Shown piece after piece: positions 1 to 8,414 of a stretch of DNA of 64,000 nucleotides. Source of the DNA: a virus. The notes beneath the pieces are model-generated. The model searched no databases and was not told the DNA's origin. It saw only the letters and a program-made list of their open reading frames with translations. Each line of letters starts with the position of its first letter. The stretch's first letter is position 1. The DNA lies in the IMG/VR virus record IMGVR_UViG_3300045988_081205. The stretch is one strand, 5' to 3'. The position numbers were made by a program, and so were the translations under genes.

Positions 1-19
1 ATAAAATGTTGGAAAATAC

Positions 20-48
20 TTGACAAGTAAAAAATTTTATGGTATAAT
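20..48 (+). promoter_or_regulatory. sigma-A/sigma-70-type early promoter
   Basis: TTGACA 20-25, 17-nt spacer, extended -10 TGgTATAAT 40-48. The same tacTTGACAa...TGnTATAAT layout recurs across the + strand blocks. Confidence 0.75.
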
Positions 49-61
49 ATAAGAAAGGTTA

Positions 62-140
62 ATAGAGGGTAGCTAACTTCTATTATTTAGGAGAGTTGCT
101 TATACCAACTCTCCACTTTTAATATTTCTTGTATAAGGAG
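62..140 (+). promoter_or_regulatory. structured 5' leader of HNH gene 1 (hairpin 1, terminator-like hairpin 2, loop-SD pairing)
   Basis: Hairpin 1 at 62-83 (ATAGAGG/CTTCTAT). Hairpin 2 at 90-114 (GGAGAGTTG/CAACTCTCC) followed by a T-rich run. Loop CTTATAC (99-105) is complementary to GTATAAG (131-137), which overlaps the SD AAGGAG (135-140). Homologous leaders lie at 2815-2901 and 15258-15336. Confidence 0.6.
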
Positions 141-151
141 AATATATACAT

Positions 152-826
152 ATGGAAGAAAAAGAAATCTGGAAAGATGTAGTTGGGTATGAAGGTTATT
201 ATCAAGTAAGTAATTTAGGACAAGTAAAATCGTTGGACAGGTATGTTAAATACAAGAGAACTGGATTGCGGTTGATAAAAGGTAAAATTTTATCACAGAA
301 AACAGATAGAAATGGATATAAATGTGTATTGATATGTATAGATAACAAAAGGTGGTATGTGACAGTGCATAGACTTGTGGCATTGATGTTTGTACCAAAT
401 CCAGATAATAAGCCACAAGTTGGACATAAAGATGAAACTAAAACAAATAATCGAGCAGATAATCTCGAATGGGTAACTCCAAAAGAAAATAGTAATATGC
501 CAAAACATATAGAAAGATTGTCTGTTGTGTTATCTGGTGAAAATAATCCAATGTATGGAAATTACGGAAAGTTAAGTTCTAGATGGAAAGCTGTTGTAAC
601 TGAAGAAACACGTGCAAAAATGTCTAAGAAATCAAAAGGAAGATTTACAAGAGCAACCCATCCAGCTTCTAAAAAAGTTATGTGTGATGGAATTGTTTAT
701 GATACTATTCTGGATTGTGCAGAGCATTATGGAATGAATCGTAATACATTTAGTAATTATTTGAACGGAAGAGTAAAAATGCCAGATAAATGGAAAAATC
801 TAGGGCTTTCTTTTTATAAGAAATAA
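152..826 (+). CDS. free-standing HNH homing endonuclease (NUMOD4-like N-terminus + HNH_3-like core)
   Basis: N-terminal EIWKDVVGYEGYYQVSNLGQVKS and VHRLVA...GHKDETKTNNRADNLEWVTPKEN motifs. Paralogue of 2910-3473. Own promoter and SD. Confidence 0.85.
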   Translation: MEEKEIWKDVVGYEGYYQVSNLGQVKSLDRYVKYKRTGLRLIKGKILSQKTDRNGYKCVLICIDNKRWYVTVHRLVALMFVPNPDNKPQVGHKDETKTNNRADNLEWVTPKENSNMPKHIERLSVVLSGENNPMYGNYGKLSSRWKAVVTEETRAKMSKKSKGRFTRATHPASKKVMCDGIVYDTILDCAEHYGMNRNTFSNYLNGRVKMPDKWKNLGLSFYKK

Positions 827-914
827 AATGAAAAAGGATGAAAACGGTGAATGGGTGACGCTGAACGAAAAAATTGTGGAGATGAAATGTTGGAAGAAAT
901 TGGAGGTGTAAATA

Positions 915-1262
915 ATGGATACTGTTGAATTTTTGAATGAAGGTACTAGGATGTGTAATAATTATGAAGCATGTGTTGGTTGTCCTATGGAGGAAACAGA
1001 TGATTGCTGTATGGTTAATATGAATCTCAAGCAAATGATAAGTATTGTGGAGCAATGGGCAAAAGAACATCCTATAAAAACAAGGCAGAGCGAATTGCTT
1101 AAGCTATTTCCTGAAGCTAGTGTGCTATATGATGAATATCTAAATATCTGTCCAGCTCAACTTTCAAGTGAATGTCGTGATAAGGAAACTGGTGGATGTT
1201 ATGACCCCGGAATGGATTGTGGCAAATGCAAACGTGATTTTTGGCTAAAAGAAATTGAATGA
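915..1262 (+). CDS. hypothetical Cys-rich protein
   Basis: 115-aa ORF preceded by GGAGGTG. Several Cys pairs. No recognised family. Confidence 0.55.
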   Translation: MDTVEFLNEGTRMCNNYEACVGCPMEETDDCCMVNMNLKQMISIVEQWAKEHPIKTRQSELLKLFPEASVLYDEYLNICPAQLSSECRDKETGGCYDPGMDCGKCKRDFWLKEIE

Positions 1263-1270
1263 GGTGAATG

Positions 1271-1432
1271 ATGACAAATCAAGAAGCTGCCACATTGATA
1301 GTCAAGGAATATGGCAATTATAGAGGAATTTGTATTGAATATAAGCAATTTTCTTATATCAACCCAAATCTATCTGAAGCTATTGCTATGGCTATAGCAG
1401 CATTAAATAAAGAAAATAATAAGGAGGATTAA
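1271..1432 (+). CDS. hypothetical small protein (53 aa)
   Basis: Not in the ORF track (<60 aa). ATG follows GAGGTGA and fills the gap between neighbouring genes in the same orientation. Confidence 0.35.
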   Translation: MTNQEAATLIVKEYGNYRGICIEYKQFSYINPNLSEAIAMAIAALNKENNKED

Positions 1433-1440
1433 GTAAGTAA

Positions 1441-2073
1441 ATGAGTAAAGCAATTATGATTATTGGGGCAAGCGGTTCCGGTAAGACAACTAGCCTAGAG
1501 CATCTTGACCCAAAGCTGACATTTTACATTGATGCAGATGGTAAAGGACTAAGTTGGAAGGGATGGCGCAATCAATATAATAAGACTAATAAGAATTATT
1601 TTGTATGTGATGACCCTAATTCTATTTATAGTCTAATGCAGCAAATCAATGATAAACAGAAGCAGATTAAGTATCTTGTGATTGACACACTGAATGGCTG
1701 TATGGTAGCAGATGAGATGCGCCGAGCTAAGGAAAAGGCGTATGACAAGTGGATGGATTTAGCGCAGAGCGTATATAGCATTGTTGATTTCTCTAATAAG
1801 ATGCGTGATGATCTTACGGTGATTCTCATTGGTCATACTCAGACAAGCGATGATGGATTTACTTGTATGCTCACCAATGGGCGCAAGCTCAATAAGATTT
1901 GTCTTGAAAGCAAGATGACCACTGTGCTACTATCTCGAATCAACGATAATGGCGAATATGTGTTTGAAACAAGAGCAAAGAATAGCACGGCTAAGACCCC
2001 AAGAGGCGCGTTTGAAAAGGATGAAATTCCTAATGATATTATGTTAGTCATTGATGCTCTGAAAGATTTCTAA
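1441..2073 (+). CDS. P-loop ATPase, Sak4-like / AAA_24-type recombination protein
   Basis: Walker A GASGSGKTT at the N-terminus, ~210 aa. Followed by a DUF669-like gene, as is typical for phage Sak4 modules. Confidence 0.65.
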   Translation: MSKAIMIIGASGSGKTTSLEHLDPKLTFYIDADGKGLSWKGWRNQYNKTNKNYFVCDDPNSIYSLMQQINDKQKQIKYLVIDTLNGCMVADEMRRAKEKAYDKWMDLAQSVYSIVDFSNKMRDDLTVILIGHTQTSDDGFTCMLTNGRKLNKICLESKMTTVLLSRINDNGEYVFETRAKNSTAKTPRGAFEKDEIPNDIMLVIDALKDF

Positions 2074-2151
2074 CTACTCCAGCTAAAAAAGCTGAGTAAA
2101 ATATAAACAATCTATTTATTAAAATCAAATTAAAGCGAGGTTAAATTTATT

Positions 2152-2763
2152 ATGAAGCGAATCAATAATTGGGAGAATATTCAGGAAAGCACATCTTTTA
2201 AGCGTCTAACGCCAAATGGCTATATTGTTAAGATTCTCAATGTAGAAGATCATCCTGAAAAGGAATATCTCAAGATTTATTTTGACATCGTAAAGGGCGA
2301 TGATAAGGGTTATTTCAAGAAGCAGTATGACGGCGATACGCGCAAGGAACGCAAATGGCCCAATGCTGGTACATTCATCCGTTCTTATAAGGATTCTGCG
2401 GCATCTATGTTTAAGGGATTTATCAATGCCATTGAAAAGTCCAATAAGGGCTATCAGTGGAATTTTGACGAAAAGACGCTTGTCAATAAGGTCGTTGGTC
2501 TAATTATTGCCGATGAGCAGTATCAGAATCAGAAGGGTCAGGTTCGTGTCCGTAACTATGTCGCGGCCGTTCGCTCTGTTGAGACTATTGAAAAGGACGA
2601 ATATGAAATTCCTGCGCTCAAGGAGCTGACCACCACAAAGACCACAACTGCTCCTGCTAATGACCTAATCCCTGATTTTGGCGATGTGTTTAACACTACA
2701 CCAACCCCTGCTGAATCAGAAAATCCTTGGGATGATTCTGACGAGAATAATCCCTTCATGTAA
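2152..2763 (+). CDS. DUF669-like protein (putative ssDNA-binding partner of Sak4) with acidic C-terminal tail
   Basis: Position directly after the AAA_24-like ATPase. Acidic tail DDSDENNPF resembles SSB tails. Confidence 0.5.
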   Translation: MKRINNWENIQESTSFKRLTPNGYIVKILNVEDHPEKEYLKIYFDIVKGDDKGYFKKQYDGDTRKERKWPNAGTFIRSYKDSAASMFKGFINAIEKSNKGYQWNFDEKTLVNKVVGLIIADEQYQNQKGQVRVRNYVAAVRSVETIEKDEYEIPALKELTTTKTTTAPANDLIPDFGDVFNTTPTPAESENPWDDSDENNPFM

Positions 2764-2772
2764 AAATAATAC

Positions 2773-2801
2773 TTGACAAAAAGTTAATGCTGTGATATAA
2801 T
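2773..2801 (+). promoter_or_regulatory. sigma-A-type early promoter
   Basis: TTGACA 2773-2778, 17-nt spacer, TGaTATAAT ending at 2801. Confidence 0.75.
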
Positions 2802-2814
2802 TACAATAGAGGTT

Positions 2815-2901
2815 GATAAGAAGTTGCAAATTCTTATCATTTGAAGGAAGGTTGCTCGTCTCGACCTTCCTTACTCTACAAATTAAATCTAAGACGAGGA
2901 G
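2815..2901 (+). promoter_or_regulatory. structured 5' leader of HNH gene 2
   Basis: Hairpin 1 at 2815-2838 (GATAAGAA/TTCTTATC). Hairpin 2 at 2844-2872 (AAGGAAGGT/ACCTTCCTT). Loop CTCGTCT (2855-2861) is complementary to AGACGAG (2892-2898), which overlaps the SD GAGGAG. Confidence 0.6.
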
Positions 2902-2909
2902 ATTTTATT

Positions 2910-3473
2910 ATGGAAGAAATTTGGAAACCAGTTAAAGTTAGGGGAGAAGATTTCACAGGATATTATGAAGTTAGCAATTTAGGAAGAATTAAAAAATTGT
3001 CAACATGGAGTTGTGACGGTAAAAGATTTCTAAAAGAGCGGATTATGAAACAAACTCTTGATAAGAAGGGTTATTTGACTGTAAATTTGCAAAAGGGAAG
3101 TCGCCGTTTTACTCGTATATTTGTGCATAGAATAGTAGCAGAGGCATTTATTCCTAATCCAAATGATCTACCTCAAGTTGGGCATAAAGACGATACGGTA
3201 TTAAAGACTAATAACTGTATTGAAAATCTTTATTGGACAACTAACAAAGAAAATGCAAATACAGAAGGAAGAAAACAAAGATTATCTATGTCTCATATGG
3301 GCGCAAAAAATCATGGTGCTAGAGCTGTGATATGTGAAGGCATTACATTTCCAACGATGTCCGATTGCGCTAAACATTATAATATATTTGTTCAAAATAT
3401 ATGTGCGTGGTTAAATGGGAGAGAAAAAATGCCAAACCTATGGATTCAAAGAGGACTAAAAAGAGTTGATTAA
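2910..3473 (+). CDS. free-standing HNH homing endonuclease (NUMOD4-like + HNH_3-like)
   Basis: MEEIWKPV...GYYEVSNLGRIKKL and VHRIVAEAFIPNP...GHKDD...NLYWTTNKEN. The ATG at 2910 is preferred over the track start 2841 because of the SD GAGGAG and the alignment with 152-826. Confidence 0.85.
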   Translation: MEEIWKPVKVRGEDFTGYYEVSNLGRIKKLSTWSCDGKRFLKERIMKQTLDKKGYLTVNLQKGSRRFTRIFVHRIVAEAFIPNPNDLPQVGHKDDTVLKTNNCIENLYWTTNKENANTEGRKQRLSMSHMGAKNHGARAVICEGITFPTMSDCAKHYNIFVQNICAWLNGREKMPNLWIQRGLKRVD

Positions 3474-3499
3474 CGATAAGAATTCATAAAAATATTAAA

Positions 3500-3526
3500 G
3501 GCGGGGCTTGACAATCCCGCCTTTTT
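3500..3526 (+). terminator. intrinsic terminator
   Basis: GGCGGG (3500-3505) / CCCGCC (3516-3521) stem followed by TTTTT. Confidence 0.6.
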
Positions 3527-3536
3527 ATTATATGAT
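3508..3536 (+). promoter_or_regulatory. sigma-A-type promoter whose -35 lies in the terminator loop
   Basis: TTGACA 3508-3513, 17-nt spacer, TATGAT 3531-3536. Confidence 0.5.
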
Positions 3537-3555
3537 AACTGTGAGGTGATGATGC

Positions 3556-4185
3556 TTGAATAGATTTCTATGTGTAGCTCAACTGCAAGAACTGCGAATC
3601 GACCTATATCAGACCCATATGAAAGCCAAATTCAGCGTCATCACTAATCATCAATGCCTTACTATGAGCCAAACATTGAGCCGCAAATGGAATGAGCCGC
3701 AAATCAAATCATGGCTGACAATGGCACAATATATCCATCCACGTATAGACAGCTATATATATGTCAAAAATAAACATTATTATACAATGAAAAAATCTGA
3801 TATACCTACTAGGCTATTGGTATCAGGCAATATCAATGAATGGAAAAAATCATTATATTATAATGTGCAATATTGCCGTATAGTTGAATATAATGCAGCT
3901 GATAGCATGAATATAGAAATGGATGGGCAATGGCTGGATTCATGGAGATTCTTGAATATATGCGGCGATTCACCTAGAGTGTTTACTATCAAGCGTCCTG
4001 ACGGCTGTGAGGGCTGTATATGCCGATTGCGGCTTGAATATGATGCAGGATATAACATAGAGCAAAATCGGGTCATAGCGCATCCTAGCGGTCTTGGTGT
4101 GGTTGATTGCAAGAAAACAGATGCGGTTATGAGCCAAGAAGAAATTGATAAGTGGATGTTAGAATATGAGATAATTTCCTCTTGA
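3556..4185 (+). CDS. hypothetical protein
   Basis: 209-aa ORF (TTG start in the track; true start uncertain). No recognised motif. Confidence 0.5.
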   Translation: MNRFLCVAQLQELRIDLYQTHMKAKFSVITNHQCLTMSQTLSRKWNEPQIKSWLTMAQYIHPRIDSYIYVKNKHYYTMKKSDIPTRLLVSGNINEWKKSLYYNVQYCRIVEYNAADSMNIEMDGQWLDSWRFLNICGDSPRVFTIKRPDGCEGCICRLRLEYDAGYNIEQNRVIAHPSGLGVVDCKKTDAVMSQEEIDKWMLEYEIISS

Positions 4186-4210
4186 CAAATCAATCAACAT
4201 ATGATATACT
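4182..4210 (+). promoter_or_regulatory. sigma-A-type promoter
   Basis: TTGACA 4182-4187, 17-nt spacer, TGaTATACT ending at 4210. Confidence 0.7.
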
Positions 4211-4240
4211 TGGATTATCAAAAAGATGGAGGTAATAAAT

Positions 4241-4387
4241 ATGAAATGGGAAGCGTGGTATTATGACTATATCAATGGCAACAAGAAAACGTACATTTAC
4301 GTTGAAGCCGATTCTTTTGATGAGGCGATTGCTAAAGCTCGTCGTATTGACCTTAGAGTAAACGCGGCAAGAGTGGTAAGTGAATGA
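4241..4387 (+). CDS. hypothetical small protein (48 aa)
   Basis: ATG 9 nt after GGAGGT. The stop overlaps the next ATG (ATGA coupling at 4384). This makes the antisense track ORF 4190-4396 spurious. Confidence 0.5.
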   Translation: MKWEAWYYDYINGNKKTYIYVEADSFDEAIAKARRIDLRVNAARVVSE

Positions 4388-4866
4388 GCAAGCCACCTAC
4401 AGTTAAATGCCGCCAATGCGGTAAATCAACGCCAAAACAAGATGCAATCGAATATAAGCCTAAGTTCTATTTCTGCTGTGAACAATGTAGGCAGGATTAT
4501 ATCAATGCTCATATCGTTAAGCCCAAAGCAGAATCAAAAGATGATAGGCGCAAATTGCTGGATTATATACGTCAAGTTGCCCCTGATGCCAATATGCGGC
4601 TTGTAGGTATCCAGCTTGCTCAGTTGATGAAAGATAATCCTGATATGACATATGGCGGCATTGCTTATACTATCAGATATATCCATAAAGAGCTTGGAAA
4701 GGATATATCTCAATCGCCGCTTGGACTGGTCAAGTATAAGTATGATGAATGTAAAAAATATTATGCTTGGCTAAATCAGGTAAGACAGAATATACAGCAA
4801 TGGCAAGCTGAAGATGGAGTTGAGACGATTGTGAAAAGAAATGATGAGGAGGATGTGTTTGGATGA
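4384..4866 (+). CDS. hypothetical Zn-ribbon protein
   Basis: N-terminal CxxC...CCxxC. 160 aa. Confidence 0.6.
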   Translation: MSKPPTVKCRQCGKSTPKQDAIEYKPKFYFCCEQCRQDYINAHIVKPKAESKDDRRKLLDYIRQVAPDANMRLVGIQLAQLMKDNPDMTYGGIAYTIRYIHKELGKDISQSPLGLVKYKYDECKKYYAWLNQVRQNIQQWQAEDGVETIVKRNDEEDVFG

Positions 4867-5123
4867 AACATAAAATGATTGGATGTTCTGAAGAATGCCT
4901 AGAATTTGCCTGTTGCGATTTCTGCATCTATGTTCACCATGATTTTTTCTTTGATAAAGACGGTGATATTGTCCGTGGCGGACCAGTTGGATGTGGATTG
5001 CATGACGATGAGCGTCATCAAGATATCGCTGAAAGCTGTGGTCATTGTCCTGATTTCCATTGTTTTAGAGCACATGAAGATAATATGGTTGTAAAGGAGA
5101 TTGATGATGATGACGTGGTATAG
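4863..5123 (+). CDS. hypothetical Cys/His-rich protein
   Basis: 86-aa ORF, translationally coupled. TAG stop. Confidence 0.5.
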   Translation: MKHKMIGCSEECLEFACCDFCIYVHHDFFFDKDGDIVRGGPVGCGLHDDERHQDIAESCGHCPDFHCFRAHEDNMVVKEIDDDDVV

Positions 5124-5331
5124 TATTGGCAAAAATAGTAAACCAGATGATTATGAATGGGTGCTTGTTTCATTTCTTACAGAAGACAGTAGACAAAGAT
5201 GCTCTGGCACTTGTGTTGTAGCTGCACTTTGGGAAGATGATGAGGGATGTGCTATATGGTATGACGGTAATCGATTCTATAACATTCATACAACAGACCG
5301 TTGGGCATATATTGAATTGCCGGAGGAATAA
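5101..5331 (+). CDS. DUF551-like small protein
   Basis: The W...P...EWVLV...W...RWAYIELP pattern is shared with 8846-9079. Confidence 0.45.
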   Translation: MMMMTWYSIGKNSKPDDYEWVLVSFLTEDSRQRCSGTCVVAALWEDDEGCAIWYDGNRFYNIHTTDRWAYIELPEE

Positions 5332-5334
5332 TCA

Positions 5335-6807
5335 TTGCTCTATGACCAAAATTCTGTTAGGCTGCTATTAGGTTGTTTGCTAATTAAGCCATCTCTTGCT
5401 ATTTCTGATAAGTACCCTCTAAGCCGTGATGATTTTACGGTCGATTTTCATCTCAGATTATGGCAAGGGTGTGTTGCCCTAGCTAAGCGTGGAGCTGAGT
5501 CCATATCGTCACTAGACATTTATATGCTATGTAAGAACAATAAGCAGGTAGAGGATATATTCAAGTTAAATCAGTTAGACGATTTCATTGATACAGTCAA
5601 GCAGCTTGCTAATGTAGGTAATTTTGAGGTCTATTACAACAACACGCGCCGAGCCACATTACTTCGTTCTTACAAAAACGCTGGCTATAATGTAGACAAA
5701 TTTGAGCAAGACGATAAAGCGACCATAGAGGATATAGTACAATACTTTGACGCACAGCAAATAGCTATAAAAAAGCAATTTTATAAAGACAAGGATATAG
5801 ACGAGCTAAAAGCCGGTGATGGATTTGAAGCGGTTAAAGAGGGATTTAAGGCAGAGCCGCTATTCGGTGCAACGACTTTTAGTGAATATCTAAACACAGC
5901 AGCTAGAGGCTGGATTCCGGGGCAGCTATCTATCTATTCAGTCGGTTCAGGCGTAGGAAAGTCAACTATTGGCTTGGCTAATCTTGTGCAAGTATGTTGT
6001 CCTAGAATCTATGATATGGATAAGGGGCAATATGTAGACAATCCATGTTATCAACATAAAGCTGGTCTATATCTTCAATTTGAAATGGCTGGTGATACTG
6101 AAATTACGCCTAAAATTGTGGCTACAATTAGCGGCGTACCATGCTTTAGCATCTTGAATGGGCGGTATGAAGAAGGTGAAGAAGAGCGTGTGGATGAGGC
6201 TATTAAAATTCTGCATGAATCTAAGTTATATATCGTCACCATGCCCAATTATACTGTTGATTTGATTGAATCCTATGTAAAGGATTATGTAGTCAATAAG
6301 CAAGTGGGCTTCCTATGTTATGATTATATCGTTGAATCCTCATCTGTATCGAGCGACTTAGCTAAAAAGAATGGCGTATCTACTCGTTCAGATCAGGTGC
6401 TATCTGGCATAGCAAGTAAGCTCAAGGATTTAGCTGTTGAATATAATATCGCCGTCTTGACATTTACTCAGGTCAATGCTAATGCTATGACGCAAGAAAT
6501 TATGGATAGCGGCGTTGCGGCTGGTTCAAGAGCAATTCAGAACAAGGCTGATGTAGCTGGCGTAATCATGCCATTACGCCGTAAGGAGCAAGAGATAGCT
6601 GATATGATGATGGAGAAATATTCTGATAAGATAAAGCCAAATCGCGTATTACACCTCTATAAGATGCGCTTCTCACAGGTTGAGCAAGGTATTAAGATAT
6701 ATTTTAATCTTGATTTGAATACAGGTCGAACAAAGGATTGTTTTGTAACCACAAAATTCGATAATCCTTATCAATTAACTAAGACAAGGTTGGTGTATGC
6801 TAAATGA
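5335..6807 (+). CDS. replicative DNA helicase, DnaB-like
   Basis: N-terminal LLGCLLIKPSL-type DnaB N-domain. Walker A GSGVGKST. ~490 aa. TTG start. Confidence 0.8.
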   Translation: MLYDQNSVRLLLGCLLIKPSLAISDKYPLSRDDFTVDFHLRLWQGCVALAKRGAESISSLDIYMLCKNNKQVEDIFKLNQLDDFIDTVKQLANVGNFEVYYNNTRRATLLRSYKNAGYNVDKFEQDDKATIEDIVQYFDAQQIAIKKQFYKDKDIDELKAGDGFEAVKEGFKAEPLFGATTFSEYLNTAARGWIPGQLSIYSVGSGVGKSTIGLANLVQVCCPRIYDMDKGQYVDNPCYQHKAGLYLQFEMAGDTEITPKIVATISGVPCFSILNGRYEEGEEERVDEAIKILHESKLYIVTMPNYTVDLIESYVKDYVVNKQVGFLCYDYIVESSSVSSDLAKKNGVSTRSDQVLSGIASKLKDLAVEYNIAVLTFTQVNANAMTQEIMDSGVAAGSRAIQNKADVAGVIMPLRRKEQEIADMMMEKYSDKIKPNRVLHLYKMRFSQVEQGIKIYFNLDLNTGRTKDCFVTTKFDNPYQLTKTRLVYAK

Positions 6808-6977
6808 CATGGGTGATTTATGGAATAGCATTGTGTGTATCGTTTTTAGCCATTCTTTTTGGAGAATACGAATACAAGAGAACCAATAAATATAGCGATT
6901 TGCTCATATGCGGCATTGGTTGTGGTTTATTGGCGTTTACGTTGATGTTCGGCGCGACATTGATTTTTGTCTTATGA
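6804..6977 (+). CDS. small two-TM membrane protein (57 aa)
   Basis: Not in the track. ATGA-coupled to the helicase stop and TTATGA-coupled to the primase ATG. Two hydrophobic segments. Confidence 0.4.
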   Translation: MTWVIYGIALCVSFLAILFGEYEYKRTNKYSDLLICGIGCGLLAFTLMFGATLIFVL

Positions 6978-8023
6978 TCGACATTCAATCTCTTAAATCT
7001 CAGCTAACCGATGACCGCATTATAGAGCTAATGGATGCTCTAGGTGCTCCATTGATGAAGGCTGATAGCAACAATTTGATATTTCCAAGCATATGCCATC
7101 AGAGCGACCCGTTAGCTCATTCCGCTAAATTATGGCTATACCTCGATTCTATGCAATTCCACTGTTGGAGCTGCGGCTTTTCAGGTGATGCTATATCTCT
7201 AGTTCAACACGTCAAGCATCTTGACTTTAATCAAGCTGTCTCATATATCTGCTCAGTCCTACATCTACAAGTAGGGCAAATAGAGCAAAATGAGCAGCTT
7301 GATAATTGGGCTGAATTGCGCCGATTTTTACCTAATGCTGAGCCAGAGCCAGATAAGCTCTTGACATATGACAAGTCTATATTATCTCTATTTGACCATT
7401 TATATCCGCAAGAATGGCTAGATTATGGCATTTCAGTGGATATACTTGATAAATTTGGCATAGGCTGGTATGCGCGTCAGGCGTGTATTTCCATACCTGT
7501 TGTGTTTAATGGTCAACTAGTAGGCGTGAGAGGGCGATACACAAGAGAGCAGAATGTGGCTAAGGGTAAGTATAGACCAATATGTACGCTGGATGGGACA
7601 GTTCTAAAGTTGGCAACATCACAAGTCATGTATGGCTATGACCAAAATAAAGCCGCTATTGAAAAGTCACGCCAAGTAGTGCTATTTGAGAGTGAAAAGT
7701 CAGTACTAAAAGCGCCAAGTTACAATTTGCATAATGCTCTGGCCGTCTTTGGCTCTAATATAAGTAGACAACACATACAGCTATTACTAGAGCTAGGTGT
7801 GAATGATGTGGTGCTATGCATGGATAGCGACTATAAGCAAGTAGGTGATGATGAATTTAAGTTCTTTGTTGTCAAGATGAAGAAATTAGCAGCTAAGCTA
7901 AAGCCATTCTTTAACTGTTCGATAGTATATAACAATCAAGGCTATGATATGTATAAATGCAATATGATGGATATGCCATATGAGCAAGCTATGAAATTAT
8001 GGGAAAGTAGGGTGAGAGTATGA
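6974..8023 (+). CDS. DNA primase, DnaG-like (CHC2 zinc finger + TOPRIM)
   Basis: CHQ...HCWSCGFSGDAISLV zinc finger. TOPRIM-like VVLFESEKS and CMDSD. The ATG at 6974 is preferred over the track start 6908. Confidence 0.8.
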   Translation: MIDIQSLKSQLTDDRIIELMDALGAPLMKADSNNLIFPSICHQSDPLAHSAKLWLYLDSMQFHCWSCGFSGDAISLVQHVKHLDFNQAVSYICSVLHLQVGQIEQNEQLDNWAELRRFLPNAEPEPDKLLTYDKSILSLFDHLYPQEWLDYGISVDILDKFGIGWYARQACISIPVVFNGQLVGVRGRYTREQNVAKGKYRPICTLDGTVLKLATSQVMYGYDQNKAAIEKSRQVVLFESEKSVLKAPSYNLHNALAVFGSNISRQHIQLLLELGVNDVVLCMDSDYKQVGDDEFKFFVVKMKKLAAKLKPFFNCSIVYNNQGYDMYKCNMMDMPYEQAMKLWESRVRV

Positions 8024-8343
8024 GAACACCATGCAAGTATGCGCATGAAAACCGGTATGATAGATATGTAGACGGTAAAATTCGTGAAGTAATAATCAAT
8101 GAATGCTGGGCTACCAAAGAACCATTTGAATGTGACAGTAAATGTAAGGAGACGTGCGGTGTATATGAATCAGCCAATAAAGGCAAGGCGTTAAAATGGC
8201 TCAATGCAGGATACTTTGATGAATGGTATGGTTGTACTTGTAAATGCGCGAGATGTGGGGCTGAAGTATGTGGATGTGATGCCCGTAATTATTGCCCTAA
8301 TTGTGGTTACGAATACAAGGCATGGGATGGCAAAATTCTATAA
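8020..8343 (+). CDS. hypothetical Cys-rich protein
   Basis: 107-aa ORF with several CxxC pairs, coupled to the primase stop. Confidence 0.55.
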   Translation: MRTPCKYAHENRYDRYVDGKIREVIINECWATKEPFECDSKCKETCGVYESANKGKALKWLNAGYFDEWYGCTCKCARCGAEVCGCDARNYCPNCGYEYKAWDGKIL

Positions 8344-8352
8344 ATTTAATAC

Positions 8353-8381
8353 TTGACAATCAACCTCCTTTATGATATAAT
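8353..8381 (+). promoter_or_regulatory. sigma-A-type promoter
   Basis: TTGACA 8353-8358, 17-nt spacer, TGaTATAAT ending at 8381. Confidence 0.75.
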
Positions 8382-8408
8382 CACTATATCAACAATAAGG
8401 AGGTTGAT
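8359..8408 (+). promoter_or_regulatory. 12-bp inverted repeat pairing the promoter spacer with the Shine-Dalgarno of 8415-8849
   Basis: ATCAACCTCCTT (8359-8370) is the exact reverse complement of AAGGAGGTTGAT (8397-8408). Confidence 0.6.
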
Positions 8409-8414
8409 TTTATT

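Noticed and set aside
828-911. 27-codon ORF (MKKDENGEWVTLNEKIVEMKCWKKLEV) between HNH gene 1 and 915-1262
   Set aside because: It is very short with no clear SD and cannot be distinguished from chance. It is left unannotated.
4190-4396. - strand ORF 4190-4396 (also 10845-11081, 17343-17564 and 63622-63981)
   Set aside because: Each lies opposite a + strand small ORF that has a proper promoter or SD and coupling to its neighbours. The - strand versions lack SDs and would oppose the surrounding operon.
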